Assembly: GCA_015680685.1 (NCBI GenBank)
Contig: MNCI01002560.1
Coordinates: forward strand, 100,354 to 164,353
Length of the DNA: 64,000 nt
Direction of reading: 5' to 3'
Source: Gnetum montanum
Lineage: Eukaryota > Plantae > Gnetophyta
The notes under the pieces are model-generated. The model was given only the letters and a program-made list of their open reading frames with translations, ran no database searches and was not told the origin of the DNA. How positions within the stretch are numbered: the first letter of the stretch is position 1; the number at the start of each line of letters is the position of its first letter. Made by a program: the position numbers and the translations under genes. Shown here one piece after another: positions 25,536 to 38,300 of this stretch.

Positions 25536-28500
25536 TAGACTTAGTTTTTTTTCTACAATCTTCAAACTTAGCCATTTATCTACAATTTCTAAACTCAGCC
25601 ATTTTTTGGTAGTTTTTAAAGTTAGCCATTTTTTTCCAAATTTCAGTTAACACCATGAGTTCTAAAAAACTTTTGGCATTAGTCCTAAGCACACTCGCAA
25701 TCCTGTCTACATAACAAGAAAATAGGATTGACCTCCCTACTAGTCCTACCATGGAAAAGTAGAGGCAATCCCTCAAGCTATGATGCCAAGATCTTGAGTA
25801 TACTACATTCAATGAGGAGAAATATAATTTTATCTATGTAAAGATCTAGGTAGGTCTATTTGTAGAAAACCTAGAAATGGAAGTGTAGCAAGGTTACAAG
25901 CTTGTCCACTGAAATGGATGTGACTACAACCCCTCCTCCATTAACTTCATTCTACTCACCAAACCCTATTAGTGGATGCTTGCCTAACTCATCCAAATAA
26001 GTGAGTGTGAGGTAGGGATAGGTTATGAGGAGTGCACACAAGGGGAGGAGGATGAGTTCAAAGCTCATTCTAAGCATGAGGATTCCTTCCACACCTCCTT
26101 CAAGTAGATAATCCTTGGTTTGGTCCTTCCATAGTCCTATCCACCTATCTTCCTTGAGATTGTTATAGTCCCAATTTCATCTCCTAGGCCAATGCCTATT
26201 GTAGCAACATACCAAACTCAACACACATATCAATATGCACTACCTCCTATTAACTTGCCTTTTTTGGCATTTGCGCAACCAACCCAAACATCTCTACCAA
26301 CAACCATCATGCATGCCCAACCTTATGTGCACACCATGCATGCCTCCTAGGCTCAAATGACTCAAGCACTTTATATCCTACCTATTTTGTTTGTGCCTTC
26401 ATTAGTGGTTCCACACATGCACATGTGGCTAGCCTAGGTCACTCTACTCATAACCTAACCAATGTAGTAAGCATTTTGCATTGTCCCACAACCTGTAGCT
26501 AGGTCGTGGACCACACAGTTGGCACAACAGGTGGCACAATCAATGTAGCCCGTTGATACATCCCACAACCTAGATTAGGCATTCCAACTGATTTAGACCT
26601 TGATAGAAGAGGTCAAGTAACTCAAGACTACCTCTTCGAAAATAGCTCATATGGTGGACTTCTACCTAAAACACCACCAATTTTGGGCTTTTGCATCTCA
26701 ACAAAAAAAATTTCTAAATGTCAAAACTTGGAAAAGTTTTCTAGCTGTTGGTGCTATGCTCCCAAACATAGCTATTGTAGCACATACTTCCATGACTAGA
26801 TTGCCCAAGTTCCAAGCTAGAAGTTGTCAGGGTTTCTTGGGATGAATAAAATAGTTCAACAAGTTTTCTATCTCTTGGGTTGTCACACCGACTACACTTC
26901 TTAGCATAGTTAATGTAGCACCTATTCCAATGTCCAGTTCAACCATGTATCAAGGTAGAGGTTTTCATAACTACTTGGGATGGATGAAATAGTTTGGAAA
27001 ATTTTCTATCTCTTGGGTTGCTATGCTCCCTAGCATAGCAAGCGTAGCACAAGTTCCAGTACCTAGTTTTGCCTAAGTGTTGGACAAGAATCTTTCAAGC
27101 TAGCCTAACATGGAAGATACATTTGGCACGTTTGCTAACTTCTAAGGGTACGTCTCCTACTACACCCTAGAGTGTAGCCAACATACCATGAAGGAAGACT
27201 ATATATTTTGTCAAAACTTGGTTAAGTATCCCTACTACACTTCCTAGCGTAGCTAATGTAACCAATGTGAAAGATCAAAATTTTGCAAATTTTCACTAAA
27301 TGTTGTGTTACGCTCTAGAGCATAGCTAGCTTGACACTAGAGAAAAGCCTCTAACAGCATTTGAAAGCCTTCAAAACTCATCATTGATCTTTGTCTTAAC
27401 TTCAACATTTCTTTGGAAATCAAGATCAATAATTTGCAGCTCTTTTGCATTACCATTAGTCCCTAAAATTTTTCTTACGCTTGACCCTACTCAAAAGAGG
27501 GAAATACATAGTTCCACAGTGTAGCCTCCAACTTATATTGTTTTGCATTATTTGCAAGTACATTGAGTTCTTTCAAACTATAGCACATGCAATTTCAGTA
27601 GTGTAGTCGCAATTCAACAGTCTCTGGGAATCGGTTACATTTTCTTAGAGCATAACACTTTGCTACTCTCATGCGAGTGTAGCATGTTAGCATAATCCCA
27701 TTTACGCTCATGCCACATGGTGCTCAATATGCATCTCATGCTAACCCTAGCCCTATAAATACCTCTCTATTCAGCATTCTAGGGGTTGGCAACTCAAAAG
27801 AGCATTGGACATTTTAACTTTTTGAGCATCCATTGCATTCTCACACCTAAGTATCTGAGCTTTGCACCTTGGCACCTCCTAAAATGCAGTCCACCATTGC
27901 ATCCATAGAAGATAGCAACAACCAACCAAATAGGTTTAGTCTTTACTACAACTATTAGCTCCACTTCCCAGGAATCCCAGAGACTATGAATGCACTTCTA
28001 TGCTACCACTATGTCCACCTGTACGTTGTGTATCGCTCTTACCTCTTTTTCTATGATAGTTACACTTCCTTGTTAGGGGTGGTGCACTTTTGTTCTCAAG
28101 TTTCATTGCATTTCTCTTTATTATTGAATGTAATACTTGTATTTTCTCATTTTTTTATACATATTCACATATTTGCATTATTGTACTCAGGCTGAGATAC
28201 CTCGCTACACTTTGACTTAGCTAGTCCCAGTGTTTTCATGTAATGTAGTATAAACCCCTCTTGCACATGGTTGTTTTAACACCATGTAAGTCCTTGTCTG
28301 ATTGACAAGACCATTCAACACACCTTCTTCCTATTTCTCATCACGACCCTCACACAAATTCAAGATTAGGTTGTATGCCTACCAACCTCTCAGTGTTCCA
28401 ACTACCAACAGTTTTGGACATCATAGATTTTGGTTCTAGAAGGGGAACTTGCCATTCCTTTTGTGTTCATCAAGGGTAGTCCCACATGCTTTTTGTACCT

Positions 28501-31500
28501 TTGTTACTAGCTACAAGCTAGCATATATGTAACATCACTATGGACCTACCATAGTAGTAGCTAAACCATAATTTTGTATAGGAGTTGTCTCTATTTCAAT
28601 TGGTGTAGATTGGTCCCAATTTTCGGTTCCCCTAGAACCCCAGAGGATGAAAGCCCAACTATGTCCATTGTCTCAATCTCTAGGTGCTTTAGAGAGTGTA
28701 ACAACCCCTCAAATCATAACAATCATAATGCTAGAGTTAGTTACTTTTTATTAGTGTTTCTAGAGATAGTCTTTGTTTCCCTATTTTCATAGTTTTCATA
28801 CTTAGCTATTTTTTTCAATGTTTTCTGCACTTAATCATTTTTTCGTTTAGTGTCATTTTTTCTTATGTTTTTTTTACATAGTAACATTAATCTTGTGAAT
28901 CCTTCAACCTCTACACTAAGCATAGGGGTAGCTCATCCCATCCAATAGGTTATGGACATTGAGCCCCCACTCAATCCTATATAGCCACAATGGTAGACAC
29001 TCAAACTGCATAACCAATCACCTGAACACATGGTGTTGGATGATGAAAGATACAACCTCCTTTGTAAGAACCTTTAGGAAATTATATCCCTAGACTACCA
29101 AGTAATAGATGCCAAGTGAAGATATGAAATCATACACTGAAATAGTAAGGAGTTCCTTCCTACACTTGATGTGTTCCTCTTGCTCAGTAACACCTTTAGG
29201 TGGCTACAAGACCAACTCATTAGAGTAAGTGGGCTGCAAGAGCAAGATGCAACATCAGACTATGATAAGCCCCTATAGGATAGGTAAGAGGAGTTTGAGA
29301 CCTATTTAAAGAGAAATGTTTCATTCTATGCGTCTGCCTAATAGCCCATCCCCAACTTTGTCCCACACCAATCATAGTTCTCTATCTTCTTTGAGGTAAC
29401 AGTGTCATTTTTGCCACTAAGGTCAATGCCTATGATAGCTAGCAATCAAGTACTACATGCATAAAGTTGAAGATCCACTATCATTTTTTCCTTTTTTATC
29501 TCTTCCTAGTCTTTGTAGCCTTTCCTACTGACATCTGTGATGCCAACACAACCATATGTATACAGAATGCCTCTGTCTCAACCACAAACAAGTCAGGTGT
29601 CCTTCATCCCAACTATATCAGTAGCACCTCCAACAATAGCCCAAGCCACAATAGTGTGGTGGGTTATGGCCTTTGTGCCTATGGCACAGTAGTTACACAT
29701 TTAAAAATACATGTAACAATAAATGCAACAAGCATCCCATGTGGTCGCACATCCCATAGCAAGGTTGTGGGCTACTCAAATAGCACCACAGGTAGCACAA
29801 CCAGTGAAACCTAATGCATCATTCCTAAGTTTGGACCAAGTGTTTCAACTCATTCAAACACTCATGGAGGAAGTTACATAACTCAAAGAAACCAACTGAA
29901 AAATAGTCCATGTCATGGACTTCTACCAATATGACCCCAACAATCCTATGATCCTACCTCTAACTCTACCTCTTGGGGTCCAACTTCCTCAATTCATAAA
30001 ATACAATGGTGGGTGTAGCATTTGAAAGCATCAGTGGCTAAAACACCAAGATTTTTTTAAGTGCACAGCCTAACCCCAAGTCTATGGGAGGGTGACACTA
30101 AAGAAAATAGAAATGGGATGCCCTGAACGGTCTTGTCGATCAGACAGGGACTTATGTGGTGTTAAAACAACTATGTGTGAATAATGATTTTAGAGCATCA
30201 CACGTAGGAATTGGAATAAGTGGGAATACAATATGCATAATAGTGAGAGATTATCAACATGCATACATATAAAAATAGAAATAAATAGATATGCTAACAA
30301 TTTAAATACTATAGAAAAAAATGAAATGAGAGTGTGAGTAAAGAAATGCACCACCCAAGATTGGGGGACATGGATTTTGATTAAATGATGTGTATGATTG
30401 GTGTGTAGCATAGACAAAAATAGTTGGGCAACAAGGCAATATGGTCACACTCTCTAGAAGGCTACAGACATGGTGTTGGCAGACATAGAGGAGTTGATGC
30501 TTGCTAGTCTAAGGGTTGCTATGCTATGCAAGTGCAAGTGTCATGCTCAAGTGTGGGATTAGAACAAAGATTTAGAAGGCTCTAATGCCGAGATTTGCTG
30601 CTTATTCACCTTTTGTTCAACAATCTTCTACCAAAGATAACTAGCAAATGTCAACCTTTAGAATGTCATTTACTAGGGTATTTATAGAGCAAGGGTTGGG
30701 GAGAGATGTGGCTTGAATGCCATGTGTCCTAGGTCCCACGTAGCACAAACATCAATGTGTTACACTGATGTGCTACACTCAAAGTGTGGTGCTACGTTGG
30801 ATAGGACAAGAATAGGAACCAAAAATCTACCAAACTGTCACCATATTGCCTAGACTGCATGTGCCAAAATTTGAAGAACTACCATTTTTTTACAAGAACT
30901 TCTAGAAGAAATGCAAATTGGATCCTACGCTCCAAGACTATGTCTTCCCTCCTCTTCTAAGTAGGGTCAAGTGTAGGGACAACTTTGGGGATCAATCGGG
31001 GGTGTAAGAAAACAAAAAAACTACTAATCTTGGTTGTTGGAGATTCACTGGAGTAGGAATGAAGGTCAATGATGAGCTTTGGGAACTTTTGGGAGGCATT
31101 CAATGAAGTTTTTCAAGAGTTATGCTATCTATGCTACCTAGTGTAATGTAGCATAAACACTTGGAAAAAATGTGCAATTTTGGCTTGCTATGCTATGCTA
31201 CACTGCACAGTGTAGAACCCATTTTTCAATTAATTTCTTCAAAAACTAAAAACACCATTCTGAGATTCAACAAGACAAGCAACTTTAGCATTTGACAGCT
31301 ACACGTTTCATGTCGAAAGAGCCTAATGCCTCTTGGTTTTATTCTTGGGACACTTTTAACCCTAACATCTCTACTACACTATGCAAGGACACTTTTAACC
31401 CTGACACCTCTACTACGTTGTGCAGTGTAGCACAGTGTAGCATCTAGTTTTGCATAAATTTTAACCCAATCTACAATGCTTTTCCATGGGACCTTGATCA

Positions 31501-33584
31501 TGCTCTAAGGATGTAGTAGGATAGGTAGCCTTGGAGGTCGAAGACATGCCAAATGCATCTTCTGTGTTTGGTTCAACACTTAGAAAAATTTGAGTCCTAC
31601 ATGGCCTGCTATGCTATCTATGTTGTGTGGCATAGTGGAGTGTAACAGGTCTAAACATAGAAAATTTGCTAAACTGATTTGTCCATCTTGAACACTTTTA
31701 ACAACTCCTAGCCTAGCATCTAGGTGGACTAGCTACCATGACATGTTGTCAAGCTAGGCAAGCTAGAAAACATAGCAAGCTTGATGGCTCAAAAGATAAA
31801 AAATTTAGCGGGCTGTATACTTCACCTTCAGTGCCCCTTTTATGCAAACTAGCCTTGAAAATGGGTGCTATGCTAACTATGTCAAAGAGTATAGCAGACA
31901 AGCCCATAAAAAACCTTGTAGGAATTAGGACTTCCAGGGTGCCATGTTTTCTGGATGGCCCTACGTGAAACTAGATCGGGAGGAATTTTGTTTAGGTTCC
32001 AACGTTCGAACAAATCTGATGCTGAGTTACGAGAGCTCAAAATTGATGGTGTTTCACTGGCCCCTCTTTGTTGATGTCTAGAGGATTTTCCCAAGATATG
32101 TCAACAAATAATACGAAACACCATGATGAACATGACACCAACACCATTTGTTAGTGCCCACTTAGATGATGCTTTGCTATACTTGAGAGTGCTAGGAAAG
32201 TGAATTATGGAAGAGAACAAGGGATAGGTTTGAGGAGATGCAGTCAAGGGAAAATAGACAAAAAAGGAAAAATGTAGGATGCGATGCCATGAGAACCGCT
32301 ACCATAGTTTGATCCCTCATTGGAATGCTTGGGAGGGAGTCAACACGCATAGGTGTCTTTCCCCTTTGAACTTCAACTTCTCATCGGAGCACATAGAGAT
32401 GGTCGATTCAAGGTTGAGATGGTTGCAAAGTAGCAACTATGCCATTTGACTTGGGCACTTGTCTTATTTCATTTCGTTTTCCCCTTTTATTTTCTTCGCT
32501 CTCTCTTTTATTTATTTTTGTTATTATTATTCTTATTATTATTAGGGTGAATTACACATCCATATTTTCTTGAAGGCAACCATGTCATCACTGTAGGACA
32601 AGTGTTTCCTAATTAGGATGAGTTGTGTTACATCTGTATGGGGCTTTGACCAACCTATAGAGACTTCCCATGGGATGAGTTTCATTACATATATCATGGT
32701 TTTAGTAGTTAAGTGTGGGAAAAGGTTTCATTTTCATTGGGGAGGCTTGAGAGGGAATGCTAGAAATTGCAAAGGGAGAAGAAAGAGGTTAGGTTAGTTG
32801 AAAGGATATCAGGGTATGCACTCTCAAGTAGCTAGGCTAATCGAAGTCGGTACTTTGGAAGAATGTGATGTGTTTCTCTTATGGTGAAACACATTCTTGA
32901 TTGATGCCATCTTAGCGTTATCCTACAAATGCAACAGAGAGAAAACCAAAAAAAATGATTACTATGTGAAGTGAGGGCTAAGTCCTCTTTGCTCGAGACA
33001 TTGTAAGGGTTGCAAGTGTAGTGTCTGGTGTGTGCAATGTCTAAAGCAGGAAGGCCAGTGCAAGCATCAATGATGGTAGGCTGAAAAACTCTAGTAGCCA
33101 CACTAGAGGTGAGGACCCAAGAGACTAGGAGAAATGGTGATGCAAGTGCTTAGGAATCCTCACCAAAGGTAGGAGCTAGGAAATCCAACCATGAGGTGGG
33201 AAGCCAAGCTGCTAAATACTCTTCTAGAATTGGACAATGGTAAGGGCTGGAGGATGGAAAAAATGTGGCTAGGCCATAATAGTACTACAACTCTAGTAGG
33301 AGGTGCTGATAGTAGAAGCTATGGCTAAGATGACTGGCGATGGTGGCTATAGCTCCAGAAGGTCGACAAGATGTCAAATGACATCTTCAAAAGTTGAGCA
33401 AGATGCCAAGGATGGAGATGTTGCAAATTCCCCATAGGATTTTTTCTTAGTGGTACAAACTTCATTTTGGAATTGCAATGTCCCATCCCATCTTGCCCAA
33501 GAGGATTGGCAATGGAAGATTGAAAGTATGCTTGCTCACTTTTTCACAAGATGACATGTGTTGGATCAAAGATGTTGCCTTGCA

Positions 33585-34530
33585 AAGCTAGTTTTAGGTC
33601 TTGGAAGACCATTGGATGTGCTAATTTAAGGCCCTAGTAGATCATGATCCCAGTTTAAGGTCTGGGCAGACCATGTTGTGCTAGTTTAAGTTCCTAGTAG
33701 ACCATGATGTGCTAGTTTAAGGTTCCAACAGACCACTCTACTAGTTTAATAGCATAGAAGATGGGGGATGGCCAGTTTAAGGTCATAGTGGACCATGCTG
33801 TGGGTGCCAGTTTTGTGTCATGGCCCAAGGACATGGTGTGCTAGTTTAATGTTGTAGCAGATGATCTATGCTAGTTTAATGTCATAGTAGAAGATCTATG
33901 TCATTTTTATGTCATAGCAGTGATCTGTGCCAATTTAACATCATAGCAGATGATCTATGCAAGTTTTACATCATAACAGATGATCTGTGCCAATTTAACA
34001 TTGTAACAAATGATCTATGTCAATTTAACATCATAGAGGATGATTTGTACAAATTTTACATCATAGCAGATGATCTATGCTATTTTACCATCATAGTGGA
34101 TGATCTATGCCAGTTTTACATCATAGTGGATGATCTGTGCTAGTTTAATATCATTGCGAATGATCTATGCTAGTTTTACATCATAACAGATGATTTGTGC
34201 TAGTTTTACATCATAGAGGACGATCTGTGCTAGTTTTACATCATAGCAAATTATCTGTGCTAGTTTAATGTCATAGCAAATGATCTATGCTAGTTTTATG
34301 TCATAGTGGATGATCTATGCTAGTTTAACATCATAGTGGATGATCTGTGCCAATTTTACATCATAGTGGATGATCTATGCTAGTTTAACATTGTAGCAAA
34401 TGATCTATGCTAGTTTAACATCGTAGTGGATGATATATGCTAGTTTTACATCATACTAGATGATCTATGCTAGTTTTACGTCATAGTGGATGATCTGTCA
34501 TAGTTTAACATCGTAGCAAATGACCGTGCT
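33585..34530 (-). repeat. ~30-bp tandem array in the 3' UTR of B
   Basis: Unit GATGATCTATGCTAGTTTAACATCATAGCA, about 30 units. Left part heterogeneous, right part homogenised. Confidence 0.95.
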
Positions 34531-34574
34531 TACCCTACTTTATTATTAACATGATACTTCATGTTAAGTGTAAT

Positions 34575-36855
34575 ATGGTTTTAGGTACAGGTAGTTAACA
34601 GGATTAGTAAACTCGTTCGTCTAAGTCAGCAAGCTTGAATGCCCCATTTTCATATGCTTTTGTGACCAGAAAAGGTCCTTCCTAGTTAGCTGAGAATTTT
34701 TTCAGGTGTTCATGAATGGACTTGAAGACTAAATTCCCTTTTTTAATTGGCCATTGGTATAGATTGCAATGATGTTTGTGTCATTATTTCTCTTGATACC
34801 ACTTGATACGATTGAGTGTTTGGATGTGCTCCTTCTCCATAAAGTCAAGATCAATGGTTCTTGACTCATTGTTTTGAGCCTCATCCATAAAGCTTGAGAG
34901 GATCATTCGGAGCATCGGGACCTGCAATTCAAGAGGTAACACTACTTTAGATATGTATACTAGACTATGATATCTTACTTATGGCAGCTCTTCATGTTGT
35001 ACAATAGGCCCAAACCATGTAGACGAGTTGCTCATGTCATCATCGCTTGCTAATGCTAAGCATTTTCTTCAGAAGGTTGACAATGGCTTTATTAGTGGCT
35101 TCTGCTTGACTGTTTTCTTGAGGATAGTATAAAAATGATAAAGAGTGTTTAATACCAAGGTTTTTACAAAAGTCTTTAGTTTTTGCACTATTGAATTAGG
35201 GCCCATTATCTGTAATGATAGTCATAGCAAGGCTAAATTGAGTTACTATATTGTGCAAAATGAATTTACAAACCTATTGAGATGTGCTCTTCCTAAGGGG
35301 AATAGATTCTACCCACTTGGTGAAGTACTTAGCTATAGTAATAATGAAACTATGCCCTACAGAAGACTTGGGTGTTATGGGCCCTATGATGTCTAGTTGC
35401 CAACATTGAAAAGGCCACATGATTTTCGTGATATGTAACTCAGTAGGTGATGCATGTATCAGATTCCCATGATGTTGACATATATCACATGTCCTAACCT
35501 TAGAGAGGCAATGACACTCCATATAGGTCTAGTACTAGCCTAGGTTCCTAATTTTTGCTACCATAGCTCTGGGAGCTATGTGCCCTCCACACAGTCCCTC
35601 GTGGATGTGATCAACGATTCTTTGGGCTTCTTCGCCACTTACACAAGTTAGCAGTATCCCATCATAAGCTCTATGGCATAAATCACCATCACCTACAAGG
35701 ACATACTAGCATGCTCATTTTTGTACAGCATCTTTTTGAGTAGATGTTAAGCCTTGTGGAGGCTCAGCATGTTGGAGGTATGTTTTGACATTGTCATACC
35801 ACTCTTGAGTGTGGGTAGCACTAACAGACGCGATATTTGGTATGTGAACAATACGGTTAGTGCATTTCACTATTAAAGTGGGTAACGTAGCAAACATGTG
35901 TGGTGGCATGCATAAAGCTAACATGGCTAATGCATTGGCTATAGTGTTTTCATTGCGAGGTACATATTGAACATATAAGGTGGAAAATTGCTTTAGTAAG
36001 TACTTCACCAGATCACAGTAAGGTTGTAGGTGTTGTGCTTTATAGGCATAGATCTCTGTGACTTGGTTAATGACTAATTGTGAATCACCTCAAATTGCTA
36101 AATTCTGGATCATTAACTCTTGAGCTGCTAAAATGCCCCTAAGGAGACCCTCGTATTCTCCTATAGTATTCATGCAAAGAAATGTGAAGTGATATGAAAA
36201 AGGTTGGATCTCTTTGGAATGAAATGTGAGAATAGCTGCAGCACTACCACCTTGTGTGGTTGACTCACCATTGAAGTGTAGAACGGCTTCAAAGTCTATA
36301 GGTACTAGGCTTAGGCTACTAACATGCTCATCTGAAAATTTGGGTTCTATTATTACCTAGTCATTATTGGGTGAAGCCGTAAGTTGCATGGCTATTGCTT
36401 GACCCTTTGTAGATGACTGCGCTACATAGTGTGGGCAAATTCTATTATTATTTCTTTCCACCTGGCTATCCTACTACTTTCATATATATTGGTTGTAATG
36501 GACTTGAGTATGTTATAATGATATTGACCTGGCTATGAAACAAATAGTGTTTCCATTTTTTAAGTCCAAATACTAAGGCAAGGCAATTTTTTTGCACATC
36601 ATTATATTTGGCTTCATAGGCTATTAGTGCATGGCTCAGGTAGTAAACAAGAATCTTAGAGCCATCATCCATTTGTTGATAGAGTAAATTAGCAATGGAC
36701 ATCTCTAAAGTTGCGAGATAAATGTAAAAGGGGTTATTCTTTTATGAAGGGTAAATGATAGGAAGATGAACAAGCTCCTTTTTCAAGTTATCGAATGCTT
36801 CTTGGCATTGGTTCGTCCATTCCAAATTAGCTCTTTTTTTAAGTAAGTGTTGCAT
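34575..36855 (-). pseudogene. pol: RNase H, additional RNase H and integrase of B
   Basis: VYYLSHAL..KNCLALVF; YVPRNENTIANALA; WPFQCWQLDIIGP..YFTKWVE. Confidence 0.9.
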
Positions 36856-38300
36856 CACAGGTTATACTTGAAGTGAGTCACAAATTGGCTTAACAATTCT
36901 TCTAACGTTGAAATTGATGTGTAAGAAAGCATGCGATACCAGTCCAAAGCCTTACCAATCAATGATATGGAGAAAACATGAATGATTGCATACAACAATA
37001 GTTGTAATAATAGGGACTCGAATCTAAAATTAATGAGATGGATGTTTGGATCGCCCTCTCTATTGTATTTTGTGAATTGGAGGAGTTTTACCCCAAGAAG
37101 CAACGTAAGTGTAGGAATGACTAGGCTAACTGGATCATCCTAATAAATGTCCATAATTGTAACTATTTCAGAACTAGTGGCTTTAAGCCACTTGAATTCA
37201 TCAGTGAGGATCTGAATAAGCTAAAAGGCTTGGTCTAGACTCAGGGGTGTTACAATAGGTTGTGTAAGTTGAACTGCTGGTGGCATCACCAAAGTAGTCA
37301 TCATGGGTGGTATCATTGGTGGAACTGCAAGTCCCAGTGGAGGAGCTATTGGAGAAACTCCCACTAGTGGGGCCACTTGGGCAGCCCACAATCCTATGGG
37401 TCGTGCCACTAGAGCTACAACCATTTGTGGTGCCATGGGAATGGTCACCTGCCTCATTGCTAAAGTAGCCCATGGCCCCGTGGTTAGTTGTGCCATGTGC
37501 AAAGCTTGATACATCTAGGATTGCACATACTACAATGTCTATGATAGTTGGACAGTAGGGAACGATGTTAGTTCCCACCACGTGGTTGAGGTTGGGACTA
37601 CAGTTGGCGGTGGAATCAATGTAGAGGAAATAATGGAAGTAGGGCCCATTTTTGGTTGTGTCGTAGACATGGTATGTACATATGGTAATGTAGGCATCAT
37701 AGGTTGAGAAAACTATATAAACTACGAAGGAATACTAAAGGGAAAGAAAATTGAAGGCCCTACATGCTATTGAGTTAACAACATTTCATGACTTCCTACA
37801 ACCAAGGAAGGTTTGGGTTGTAAAAGGGTTGTCATTGTCACCAAAGGCAAAGGACTATAACTAGTATGGATATAACACATAAGTGGTCTATGAAGTTATT
37901 GGGTAAAGTGGGCCACCACTTTTAGAATGGAACTCAAATTCCTCTTGCCCATCATGAAGGGTTTCATCATAGTGAGATGCTGCATCTCACTCATTTGACC
38001 CACTCAATCGAATATGTTGATTCAATATCCATTAAAACATTTGAGTGAATGGTATAATGGCCCTATAAGTAGGAAGGAAATCCCTTCCATTCTAGTGAAT
38101 AATTTCAAAGTTATGCTTTTCTTCGTATTCCTAACGGTCTAGCAGGAGGCCCACTTGGATCCTTACACATAAGAAGTTATATAACTCTTCATCATGAGTC
38201 ATGTGTTTAGGCGATTGATGTTGCAATCGAAGAGACTGCCATGGAATCCACACTAGGCTAGGTGATTACATAGGATCCATCGCATGTTCCAAGGGATGGG
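36855..38300 (-). pseudogene. gag: gag N-terminal part of B
   Basis: LLQFTKYNREGDPNIHL..FSISLIGKALDWY..FVTHFKYN. Confidence 0.8.

Larger units (their letters stand above)
19765..26666 (+). mobile_element. Tat/Ogre-type element C: interrupted 5' LTR (19765-~25161), PBS, start of gag
   Basis: TGAAACACC start. Decayed PBS TGTCACTAAAAGAAGG at ~25167. Gag remnant is homologous to A and breaks at MVDFY where A begins. Confidence 0.8.

Noticed and set aside
33585-34530. CRISPR-like array
   Set aside because: Eukaryotic TE context, no cas genes, and most units are tandem copies without unique spacers.
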